In this document: piece by piece, positions 11,048-19,887 of the stretch
Layout: each line of letters starts with the position of its first letter
Position numbering within the stretch: the stretch's first letter is position 1
Source of the DNA: Bdellovibrionales bacterium
GTDB lineage: Bacteria; Bdellovibrionota; Bdellovibrionia; Bdellovibrionales; JAMPXM01
Reading direction: 5' to 3'
NCBI GenBank assembly: GCA_043739185.1
Contig: JAYUEN010000155.1
Location: forward strand, 52,962 to 116,961
DNA: 64,000 bases
Notes under the pieces: generated by a model
Told to the model about the DNA's origin: nothing
Database searches by the model: none
Seen by the model: only the letters and a program-made list of their open reading frames with translations
Position numbers and translations under genes: made by a program

Positions 11048-12157
11048 ATGGAACGTGGGTTGACACTTAAGAATAAGAGAGAGCTTTTCGCAATTTCTCG
11101 AAATGAGATTGGCTTTACTTTAATTGAGACCATGATCTCGCTCGCAATTACGCTCATTGCGGTTGCGACCTTTTCAACTATTATTCCTAACTCTATAAAA
11201 ATTCAAAACCGCTTTGACGGCCTTGCAAACCTTTTGGTTGCTGGCAGCTTCAATGCCTATGATTTTTCTCAAATACTTAAGTCCGTAGGCGGCAATCAAA
11301 TACCCGTTTGGCAATCAATTTTAGTTGATAACAATTGTACGGCAAAGTGGGGTCTGCCAGATTGTGCGGGCTCGGATCGCATTCATATTCTTGAAATTCT
11401 TTTTGATAATTCTGTTAATTTTGTTTTAGCACCGTTGACAATTGCGGCTCCCGGATACGATCCCACTAGCGGAAATATTAAAATTGACAATTCAACTGGT
11501 TGCCCATTGAATACAAAATATCAAAATGTAAATTTAGCACTTGTCAGTGGCACAACACTCTTAATTGTATTCTCCATAGGATTTGATTCCACTCAATGTA
11601 TTATCCAATCCAGGCTTTCAAACCAGGGAAGCATTTTTTCAAATTTTGATCCAGCGAGTGCCGAACGATTTGTAGGGAGGAGTGCCATTGGTGTCCGAGC
11701 TAAGACTTATTTTTGGGACAGTCAAAATTTTACAGTTAACCGATTTATTGATGACACAAATGCCGGCTCCTCATCGGCGTCCAATACAATTGTAGAATAT
11801 AGAAATATATATGATCTGCAGGTTGCATTAGGATACTTTTCTCCAGTTGATGCTAACGGAGGAGCCTTTGTGGGTGACTTATCTATGAAAGATACTGCTG
11901 ACAATAATGATAGTTGGTATCACAACTCTCCTTTGGATGTATGGGGGCAAGGCGGATTAAAATACGCAAATGCAAATCAGCTAAAAATGATCGCTGTTAA
12001 ATTTGCAGTAGGAAGTAGTCAAAATACAACTCTTGCTGATTCGTCTGGGCAATTTCAATTGTATGATGGCCCCATAAGACAATACCCGACAAATAAATCA
12101 ATACGGATAACGGAGCGAAGAATTTATTTCAGAAATGAAGGACTGTTTCTTAACTAA
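11048..12157 (+). CDS. PilW-like minor type IV prepilin
   Basis: G|FTLIETMISLAI class III signal peptide and an NIYDLQVALG C-terminal motif typical of PilW. Confidence 0.75.
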   Translation: MERGLTLKNKRELFAISRNEIGFTLIETMISLAITLIAVATFSTIIPNSIKIQNRFDGLANLLVAGSFNAYDFSQILKSVGGNQIPVWQSILVDNNCTAKWGLPDCAGSDRIHILEILFDNSVNFVLAPLTIAAPGYDPTSGNIKIDNSTGCPLNTKYQNVNLALVSGTTLLIVFSIGFDSTQCIIQSRLSNQGSIFSNFDPASAERFVGRSAIGVRAKTYFWDSQNFTVNRFIDDTNAGSSSASNTIVEYRNIYDLQVALGYFSPVDANGGAFVGDLSMKDTADNNDSWYHNSPLDVWGQGGLKYANANQLKMIAVKFAVGSSQNTTLADSSGQFQLYDGPIRQYPTNKSIRITERRIYFRNEGLFLN

Positions 12158-12174
12158 AAAGGATTAAGCCGACT

Positions 12175-12627
12175 ATGCCATCACTTTTCAAAAAGAAGTT
12201 GAAATTGAATCAAGCCGGATTCGGGATTGTTGAGTCTATGGCCAGTATTGGCATTTTAGTTACTGCAACCTTTGGTTTCATGGCTTGCTATAGATTTAGC
12301 ATTGACTCATTTACCGAGGTTAAGAAAAGGGCCGCAGCTGTCGAACGGCTGAATAACGTTATTGAAACTTTTCGATTTAGAGGTCAGGCCGATCTTGTTG
12401 TCTATGATATAGCGGGGAATATAGTTGTGAATTTGAAAAGCGCATACGATCAAAACGGGAATCTCCTACCGGGATATTTTCAGGTCGGACCTGATGCCGA
12501 TGCGGATACCCTTGCTTACAATCTCAATCCTGATAACAAACAGTTTGGCACGAAATACAAATATGCGGTCACTTGGGTGGGTGTGTCGGGTCAGTTAAAA
12601 ACAATCTCATACGAGGTATTTAAATGA
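12175..12627 (+). CDS. PilV-like minor prepilin
   Basis: NQAG|FGIVESMASIGIL and C-terminal VTW. Confidence 0.7.
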   Translation: MPSLFKKKLKLNQAGFGIVESMASIGILVTATFGFMACYRFSIDSFTEVKKRAAAVERLNNVIETFRFRGQADLVVYDIAGNIVVNLKSAYDQNGNLLPGYFQVGPDADADTLAYNLNPDNKQFGTKYKYAVTWVGVSGQLKTISYEVFK

Positions 12628-15122
12628 TCAAAATTCATAAAGACAATCGAGGTTTTGTTTTACTTTGGAGCCTAGCAATGTCAGTCGTTGTAGCGAGCAT
12701 CGGACTAGCACTTCTTGGAAGTGCCATTATGGTTACGAATTCGGCTTCTAGTACACTACAAAAAGACATGACTCAGATCGAAGCAGAAAATCTTTCTCGC
12801 ATCGCCTTCAACTTGATGAAATCGACGCTTCAAGAAAACAGCGACCTCACGTCTGATCAATTGACCGTTATTTTGAACGACAAATTAGTTTCTATACTCA
12901 AACCAGGTTATAGTATAAATAATTTTTCGGTTAATATTGACCCGAATCTGTTTATATCACAAATCCCAGGGGGACCCTTTCGCGGATTGCAGTCTCAAAA
13001 TCGTGCATTGACAATGGATTTGGTTTTGTATCACAACCCTTCTCGTACGACAGCCAAGTTTGACTTAAGTGCCTACCTTGGCAATATTTATCCGACACAA
13101 TTTAACTTTTTCTCGTTTGCGGATTTGCAAAACTTAAACGCTATTCGAAGTGTCAATACCTCTGGACGTATTTTCGCGAACGATTTTGCCTATATTGGTA
13201 ATTATGGTGGTTACTCGCCCTTTACTATGGATTTCTTTGCGACCGCCGGAAATTTTTATAATATCCCAGGTTGGAATACGCGGGTAGCAAAGGTTCAAAA
13301 TCCAAGCGCAAGTACTGACTATGTAATTGTACCTGATCCCATTGATAATAATTGTACGAACTGTTCTGGTTCTGGATTGGGTTTTTATAAATGGGCAAGC
13401 AATACCTGGAATGGCCAATTTCAAGATAGTCATTTCGGCGTTCAAAGACTTGATTACTGGTTTGGCAACGATACTTTTCTCAATATTCCTAGAATCAGTA
13501 GCCCACCGGGAGAACTCGTTAAGTATCAACTTGCATATCAAGCCGATATTCGAATCATAAATGGCGTTTGGTATCTTAAGAATCCGAATAGTGTTTCGCA
13601 GTGGCCAGGACTACCCATTTGGTCGGATCATCCCGGAAGTATGACGGCTTGGAATGAAAATGATCACGAGGGATCACAAGCTGTGGGACAAGATGATATC
13701 GCCGCAAACTTAACGGCGCTTGCGCTTTCAACTGCCTGGCCGGCAGGAACAATGCCGCAAAAATTTAGTTATTATAAAGTGAATCCGGCAACAGGCGCTA
13801 TAGATACTGCCAATTTTCAAGGTATTGTATCTTACGGAAACCTTCAAAATACCACCACTACGGGTGCGGGCAATTGGCTTCCAGGAGACTTTGTCGGAGA
13901 CCCCCTCTGTAACGCAGGATTTACCTGCCAGAATTGTGGCGGCGGAGGAGTAGTTAAAACAAAAAGCATCGCGAACTTCACGCCTCAGTGTGCGAACGCT
14001 CTTGGTGTCGCAGGCCTTTCACCAAATAGGGGCGCACGCCTTCTCAATGCCACACGCAGTGGTTTTAAATTTGGATTTGCCAACTATATTGCTACCAACC
14101 ACGCATCTACCTCAAAAATTTGGCCAATGAATTTTGATCTCGTTCAATTTCAAAATGCACTAACTTGTGGTGCGGGACATCCCGGAGAGCTCGGCTGCTA
14201 CTTTGGGGCAGGAAAATACATGGGCAGAGAGTTTAATGGCATTGTTTATATTAACAATACCTGGAAGAACCAACTGCAAAAGACCCAGTATCCATTTATG
14301 CAAAATGATGCTCAAGTCGACGCAGTATTTGCGGGTGCGACCAATAACGATCCCTGGCAGCCCGCAGTAACTCGGGGTGGCTCGGGTCCAATTCAAAATC
14401 AAATTTTGCCAATGCAGTTATGCTCAGACTCCCAAAAGGGTTTAGGATTCGATTCCCCTTTGGGTACAAATCTTTTTAAAATTCCGGACTGTGCGAAGTA
14501 CAAAGATCATTCGACCTTTGCCGCTCGCACCAATGCCTTGCGAGTTATAAATGGTGGAATTGATCCTACGAAATTCACAAAAGGTCTTACTATTTATAGT
14601 CCCGTGCAAATTTATGCGACTGGTGATTTGAATCCAAACTCTGATGTGACGACAGTGACATCAACCCCTTGGATGCCGCTCTTTCTGGCCTCGGCATCAA
14701 TCATACCATTGTCAAATGCATGGGATGACTCAAATGCACCGTGGGACCAGTCTCCGGGCGCCATTTACCGACAAGCAAGAAATACCAAACAAATAATGAC
14801 TGCAACCTATGGGCACGATACTGGTCCCGATTTTGATGAGGTTTGGTCTGGAACTCAATACGAAAAGCGCGGTGGTAATATTGTATTTCCGACGCTCTTG
14901 GGCGCAGATGATTACAGTAATTTTTATTGGCGAGAAGATCCCAATATTCAAGTCGTTTATTTAGGACCTGGAGTTTTTGTGAATCCGGACACAATGAATT
15001 ATTTGGAGGACCCACACTATCAAGTCTACAACAATCAGCCTGCCGGAATGATGCCTGTAAATGTAGTATCTATTAATTCATGGATCAAAAAGACAAGAGA
15101 GACGGCAAGTACGGGGCCGTAA
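12624..15122 (+). CDS. PilX-like prepilin fused to a large Cys/Gly/Asn-rich domain
   Basis: NRG|FVLLWSLAM lacks Glu+5, as in PilX/GspK. ATGA overlap with the upstream gene. 832 aa. Confidence 0.7.
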   Translation: MIKIHKDNRGFVLLWSLAMSVVVASIGLALLGSAIMVTNSASSTLQKDMTQIEAENLSRIAFNLMKSTLQENSDLTSDQLTVILNDKLVSILKPGYSINNFSVNIDPNLFISQIPGGPFRGLQSQNRALTMDLVLYHNPSRTTAKFDLSAYLGNIYPTQFNFFSFADLQNLNAIRSVNTSGRIFANDFAYIGNYGGYSPFTMDFFATAGNFYNIPGWNTRVAKVQNPSASTDYVIVPDPIDNNCTNCSGSGLGFYKWASNTWNGQFQDSHFGVQRLDYWFGNDTFLNIPRISSPPGELVKYQLAYQADIRIINGVWYLKNPNSVSQWPGLPIWSDHPGSMTAWNENDHEGSQAVGQDDIAANLTALALSTAWPAGTMPQKFSYYKVNPATGAIDTANFQGIVSYGNLQNTTTTGAGNWLPGDFVGDPLCNAGFTCQNCGGGGVVKTKSIANFTPQCANALGVAGLSPNRGARLLNATRSGFKFGFANYIATNHASTSKIWPMNFDLVQFQNALTCGAGHPGELGCYFGAGKYMGREFNGIVYINNTWKNQLQKTQYPFMQNDAQVDAVFAGATNNDPWQPAVTRGGSGPIQNQILPMQLCSDSQKGLGFDSPLGTNLFKIPDCAKYKDHSTFAARTNALRVINGGIDPTKFTKGLTIYSPVQIYATGDLNPNSDVTTVTSTPWMPLFLASASIIPLSNAWDDSNAPWDQSPGAIYRQARNTKQIMTATYGHDTGPDFDEVWSGTQYEKRGGNIVFPTLLGADDYSNFYWREDPNIQVVYLGPGVFVNPDTMNYLEDPHYQVYNNQPAGMMPVNVVSINSWIKKTRETASTGP

Positions 15123-15160
15123 ATTTACATTGATCGGTTCGCTATTTGGCGGGCATACTG

Positions 15161-15200
15161 AAAAAAATGGGAGCTCGATTTCGCGAACTCCCAGTCTTTA
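15161..15200. terminator. Probable terminator between convergent genes
   Basis: A-run, imperfect TGGGAG...CTCCCA hairpin, then a T-rich tail. Confidence 0.5.
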
Positions 15201-15218
15201 ATTTCTAAAAATTTAAAT

Positions 15219-15887
15219 CTAGTTGTGACGGCGCTTATCGTACTCATTTGACGTCGTCGTGCGCTGAGTTTCGCGCGTCGTAGTTTGGCGACTCACTTGT
15301 TGCTCGCGACCATGTTGAACTTGAGTGTGTTGAACTTCAGTGCGTTGAACTTGAGTGCGTTGAACTTGAGTTGTTTGGCGAGTGCGCGTCTCATAAGTCG
15401 TTCTGTGTACTTCAACTTGGGAGATCCTCTCTCGGCGAACTTCACGGTACTGAATGACGCCTGGGCGTGTGTAATGAACGCCTACTGGATAATAACCGTA
15501 ATTGTGATAGTGATAGGCGCTGTACAATCCAAGATACGCGTCTCCAACCACTAAAAATGGGTACATGGTTTCCCATTGTTGAGGAATCATAACTTCGCGG
15601 CCAAAGAATTCTTCCATTGGAGAAACACCACGATTGTAGTCATAAATATACTGGGCAGTTGTCACAACTTCTACTGATCCAGAGTAATTGCTGGATTTAA
15701 CGAAGTCCGCAGTTTGTTGACCTTTGCGATAGCAATCAGCAACACCTTGGTTTGATTCTTCGTTGAGAACAGGAAAACGTGTTACTTCGCCAGTATAGAT
15801 ATAAGTCTCTACTGTATTAATTTGGCAAATTCCTGCAAGCGCACCTTGCGCGACAAAAATAGTTAAAAGCGCTATCAATTTATTCAT
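15219..15887 (-). CDS. Hypothetical secreted protein with a Gln/Thr/Arg-rich repeat tail
   Basis: GAGGA RBS, signal peptide MNKLI...ALA, TQVQR-type pentapeptide repeats. Confidence 0.75.
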   Translation of the reverse strand: MNKLIALLTIFVAQGALAGICQINTVETYIYTGEVTRFPVLNEESNQGVADCYRKGQQTADFVKSSNYSGSVEVVTTAQYIYDYNRGVSPMEEFFGREVMIPQQWETMYPFLVVGDAYLGLYSAYHYHNYGYYPVGVHYTRPGVIQYREVRRERISQVEVHRTTYETRTRQTTQVQRTQVQRTEVQHTQVQHGREQQVSRQTTTRETQRTTTSNEYDKRRHN

Positions 15888-16075
15888 TGTGGGTCCTCGT
15901 TTCATATTGATTTAACTACGCCAATAAATTCAGGCCGCCGAACATCGGTGGCCAATAAGAGTAGTAGGTTATGGGGCAGGTCATATGCAGAACATATGCC
16001 GAGGATTTTTGGGGGATATAGCTTCGTATTTGAGTTGATTCATTGAGAGTGTCGTTTTCGAGCATGGCTGGGCCC

Positions 16076-16179
16076 CGAAATGTACCTGCTTAGTTTTGGA
16101 GGCGCTCCGCGTAGGTGCTTTTTTATCGAGAAGCATGGTTATACGCGGGGCGCCTCCAAAACTAAGCAGGTACATTTCG
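16076..16179. repeat. Long inverted repeat (REP/REPIN/MITE-like)
   Basis: 38-bp arms at 16076-16113 and 16142-16179 match 37/38. The 28-nt spacer can pair further. Confidence 0.9.
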
Positions 16180-16208
16180 AAAAAACTTGCGTAGCCTTGA
16201 ATATAGAT

Positions 16209-17642
16209 ATGCCAGACAGTCACGTTGAAAAACTATCGCCGCGAATTAAAAAATTGCTTCCTTGGTTGGTGGCCATTGCATTTTTTATGGAGTCACTTGA
16301 TACCACGATCCTCAATACAGCTATGCCTATAATGGCAAAAGCTTTGGGTGTAGTTCCTTTAAGTATGAAATCAGTTTTAAGTAGCTATACTTTGAGTTTG
16401 GCGGTTTTCATTCCGGTGAGCAGCTGGATGGCTGATCGTTTTGGTACCAGAAAGGTTTTTAGCGGAGCCATCGCGACCTTTACCTTGGGGTCTCTCTTAT
16501 GTGGGCTTGCAAGCAATATTCATTTTTTAGTTTTATGTCGCATCATTCAAGGTTGTGGTGGCGCGATGATGGTACCTGTGGGCCGCCTGACATTGGTGCG
16601 TTCGTTTGCAAGATCAGAGTTGGTTCGTGCGATGAGCTTCGTTGCAATTCCGGCTTTGATCGGACCCATGCTCGGCCCACTGGCCGGCGGCTTTATCGTG
16701 GGATATCTCAATTGGCGCATGATATTTTTTGTGAATCTTCCTATTGGGATTTTGGGTTTTGTTTGGGTTCAGAAATATTTGCCAGATTATCTAGAAGAAA
16801 AAACTAAAAAATTAGATTTGGTAGGACTGGTCCTTTTTGGTACTGGAGTGGGACTGCTTTCTTATATTTTAGAGGTCTTTGGTGAACACACACTTACCAG
16901 TCGTGAAATTTTAAGCCTGCTTGGACTATCAGTAGCCCTACTGGGAGCCTATGTTTACCATGCATTTAATTATCCCAATCCCGTACTTCGTCTGCGCATT
17001 TTAAAAATTCGCACTCTGCGTGCGACTGTATTTGGTAATTTTTTTACCCGTATCGGAGTCGGCGGAATGCCGTTTCTCTTGCCACTTTTATATCAAGTGG
17101 GATTGGGATTCTCTCCGATTCAGTCGGGCCTTTTGATTGTTCCTCAAACTATTACTTCAATTTTTTTTCGATTTTGGATTTTGAAAATCATTGCGCGGTT
17201 TGGATTTCGCAATTTACTGCTCGCAAATACCATCGTAATGGGCTTGGTCATTATGCATTTTGCAAGTATCGACAGCCAAACAAAGATTTGGTTGATTGTC
17301 ATACAGGCCTGCGCCTTTGGTGCGGTTTCGTCGCTACAATTTACCAGTATGAATTGTTTAGCTTATGCCGATGTCAGCGAAAAAAATACCGGCATGGCCA
17401 ATACCATGATCAGTACAGTTCAACAAATGTCCTTAAGCTTTGGGGTTGCGGCCGCGTCTTTGGTGACGAGCTTTTTCGTAGAAGATCGATTTCATGCAAG
17501 TTCGGTCGAGATGATTTCAGGAATTCATAAGGCATTTATGGTCTTGGGCATTCTAACTATATTTTCGGCTATTGGATTTTCAGAACTCAAAGTGGATGAT
17601 GGAGAGAATGTTAGCAATCATCACCACCAACATCACCACTGA
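16209..17642 (+). CDS. DHA2-family (EmrB/QacA, HsrA/MdtD-like) MFS efflux transporter
   Basis: FMESLDTTILNTA, WMADRFGTR and PALIGPMLGPLAGG motifs, about 14 TM segments. Confidence 0.92.
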   Translation: MPDSHVEKLSPRIKKLLPWLVAIAFFMESLDTTILNTAMPIMAKALGVVPLSMKSVLSSYTLSLAVFIPVSSWMADRFGTRKVFSGAIATFTLGSLLCGLASNIHFLVLCRIIQGCGGAMMVPVGRLTLVRSFARSELVRAMSFVAIPALIGPMLGPLAGGFIVGYLNWRMIFFVNLPIGILGFVWVQKYLPDYLEEKTKKLDLVGLVLFGTGVGLLSYILEVFGEHTLTSREILSLLGLSVALLGAYVYHAFNYPNPVLRLRILKIRTLRATVFGNFFTRIGVGGMPFLLPLLYQVGLGFSPIQSGLLIVPQTITSIFFRFWILKIIARFGFRNLLLANTIVMGLVIMHFASIDSQTKIWLIVIQACAFGAVSSLQFTSMNCLAYADVSEKNTGMANTMISTVQQMSLSFGVAAASLVTSFFVEDRFHASSVEMISGIHKAFMVLGILTIFSAIGFSELKVDDGENVSNHHHQHHH

Positions 17643-17645
17643 GTG

Positions 17646-17768
17646 GAAATGAGCCCAAAAGGAATGGGATCTTCGTTGCCTTCGTCGTTCGCTTTTTCGG
17701 CCTACCCGAAGTAGGCCGCCGCGCTCTCTCCTCGGGTGCCTCGATCGCATTCATTTTGGACTCATCTC
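17646..17768. repeat. Palindromic intergenic element (REP/MITE-like)
   Basis: 26-nt terminal arms match 22/26, with a central CGGCCTAC-N5-GTAGGCCG hairpin. Confidence 0.75.
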
Positions 17769-17784
17769 AATATGAGAATATTAG

Positions 17785-18627
17785 TTATTGTAGGCCGTTT
17801 CCGCGAAGTATTCTGAGGGTCATTTCTTTCGCCTGCTCGCCGCCTGGGCGCTTCAAACTTTGTGCATCATTGTCGAGAAATTTTAATACAGTTAAGAGTT
17901 GAAAGCCGTGGCCCTCGATGTGGCCAAGAAACCACCCAATACGAGTTCGCCCACGTTCACCAACAAAGCCAGAGCCGGTCTTGCCACTTAAAAAGAATCC
18001 GTGAGGGAGACTTTCAAGTTGAGTAATCATTTTGGTTTTTTTATAGGCTTCTAATGAAATTTTAAAACTTTGCTTCCAGTAGCCTTTCATAAATTCAAGT
18101 TGCTCTTTCGGGGAAATCAGAAGACTCGCAGCACCTGGTCCCTTCGATTTTGTACTGAGCCAAGCCGTGGTGAGCCCTGCAGAGAAATCTTGATTCCCGT
18201 AATTGAACATTTTCAAATATTCGGAGATTTTCTCTTTGCCAAGTTCTGGAGTTAAAGTTTGGGAAACCCAGACGACTGAATCCTTCATCCAACTCTCGGG
18301 GTTTTGATCTTGATTCCATGAACTGATCGGGCGATTCACGCCATCCCACTTGAAATTGGTCTTCTCATCTGCAATTAAATTTGCATCAAAGGCCATCAAT
18401 GCAAGCGGAATCTTAAAGGTCGATGTTGCCGGCGCACGTTCGGTGCAATTACTTCCGCCACGTTCGGCTACTATCTTTTCGGTATTGAGATCGTAAGCAA
18501 TAAAACAAGCTTCAAGATCGCGAAAAATTTCATCTTTAACTTTGAGTTTACCTGAGCCTGGCTTTCTCAATGAAGCACAGCTTGAAAGTGTCATGAGCAG
18601 CAGGAGAAAGAGAGTAAAAAATTTCAT
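17785..18627 (-). CDS. blaOXA: Class D (OXA-type) beta-lactamase, probable lipoprotein
   Basis: PATSTFK, SVVW, YGN, omega-loop W and GKTG motifs. LSSC lipobox. GAGG RBS. Confidence 0.88.
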   Translation of the reverse strand: MKFFTLFLLLLMTLSSCASLRKPGSGKLKVKDEIFRDLEACFIAYDLNTEKIVAERGGSNCTERAPATSTFKIPLALMAFDANLIADEKTNFKWDGVNRPISSWNQDQNPESWMKDSVVWVSQTLTPELGKEKISEYLKMFNYGNQDFSAGLTTAWLSTKSKGPGAASLLISPKEQLEFMKGYWKQSFKISLEAYKKTKMITQLESLPHGFFLSGKTGSGFVGERGRTRIGWFLGHIEGHGFQLLTVLKFLDNDAQSLKRPGGEQAKEMTLRILRGNGLQ

Positions 18628-18635
18628 ATTCAACC

Positions 18636-19886
18636 TCAAAACCTTTCATCTATAATTCGTTTTAACTTTCCGGTGCGTAGATTCGAAAGCAATTCATGTG
18701 GCGCCACAAATTCAATAAGAACAGGGTGCATTTTTTTGTTCTGAACGAGATCGCGACAGACGGGTCGTTCTCGCTCGAGGTGTCTTTGCAGTTCTTCGGC
18801 GGTAATTTTGCCGATACTGGTTTTGGCAATGCGAATGACCAGTTGATCTAGTTTCTCAAAATGTTTGATAATGAGTTGAAAACCAGAAGACTTTAGTTCA
18901 TTTTGAAATGGATGCAGAAAGCTTGCAAGATCGTCATAGTAAAGTGTTGTAGGGCCAACACGCGCGCCCTCTTCAGAGCGGCCGAGGATTCTAAATTTAC
19001 GTTCATTTTGAACGGACTCAGAATCGATCCATTCTCCCATATCGCCAACAGGATAGCGAATGATGGGCATCAATCTTCGAGTCAGATTGGTTAGAATTAT
19101 TTTGCCTCGCTGGCCGGTCTTGTGAATGGGTAGACCTGTATCTGGATCAATAATTTCAAGAATTGAATGTTTTGAAAATACTCGGTGTTCTTCAGGAGAA
19201 CAACTGGCGTCAGCAAAGCCAATGTGGCCGCCATCTACGCTGGCATATCCGATCGATCGAATTTGCACTCCGGGAAAAAGTGAAGTCAAATGCTCGCGTT
19301 GATCGGGATAAAAACTTTCGCCTCCAAAAAGAACTTTACTTGGTGGCTGGGCATTGGCTTTGGAGACACTCTCGGCAATTTTCATTAGAGTTGTTGGCGG
19401 GCCGGCCCAAACATCTACTTTAAATTCATTTAAAATTTTCAAGATGCTTTCGATTTCGGCCATTCCACTCAGTGGCAATTGTATAGTTTGGCAGTTTGAA
19501 CTTTCAATAGCCTTCATAATAAAAATAAAAGAAGCATAAAGATCACCGGCGTAAAAAAAATTAGCAATGCGTTCGCCGTTTTGAATGGCCATGCGACTCA
19601 TTCCTTGGCCAAAGATATCAGCAAGGACTTGCCATTCGTCCCTTGAGAAATACGAAAATTTGGCATTGCCTGAGGTGCCACCACTTTTAAATACGATGCC
19701 ATCTTTTTGTGGACCGGTTAAAACTTGGTTCTTGATCGGAGCGTTCATAGGCCAAAACTGACTGCTATCAATAAGGGGCAATTCTTCGATTTTGGGCTGC
19801 GCTGAAAGATTTTTATAAAGATCCTTATAAAAAGGCGAATTCTTTTTGGCAAATTGATAAAGGATTAAAAACGTATCGGGCTGCAT
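18636..19886 (-). CDS. PaaK-like (phenylacetate-CoA ligase family) adenylate-forming enzyme
   Basis: FKSGGTSG P-loop, GYASVD, RYPVGD, ILGRS and TGKLKRIIDER motifs. Confidence 0.85.
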   Translation of the reverse strand: MQPDTFLILYQFAKKNSPFYKDLYKNLSAQPKIEELPLIDSSQFWPMNAPIKNQVLTGPQKDGIVFKSGGTSGNAKFSYFSRDEWQVLADIFGQGMSRMAIQNGERIANFFYAGDLYASFIFIMKAIESSNCQTIQLPLSGMAEIESILKILNEFKVDVWAGPPTTLMKIAESVSKANAQPPSKVLFGGESFYPDQREHLTSLFPGVQIRSIGYASVDGGHIGFADASCSPEEHRVFSKHSILEIIDPDTGLPIHKTGQRGKIILTNLTRRLMPIIRYPVGDMGEWIDSESVQNERKFRILGRSEEGARVGPTTLYYDDLASFLHPFQNELKSSGFQLIIKHFEKLDQLVIRIAKTSIGKITAEELQRHLERERPVCRDLVQNKKMHPVLIEFVAPHELLSNLRTGKLKRIIDERF

Positions 19887-19887
19887 T

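Noticed and set aside
15981..16223. 80-aa minus-strand ORF and the 43-aa N-terminal extension of the MFS, sharing MYLLSFGGAPR
   Set aside because: Both are mirror translations of the 38-bp inverted repeat. The MFS more plausibly starts at ATG 16209.
16076..18640. Integron attC sites or a composite transposon around the MFS and blaOXA
   Set aside because: No integrase or transposase, the palindromes lack clear RYYYAAC/GTTRRRY ends, and the two elements are unrelated in sequence.
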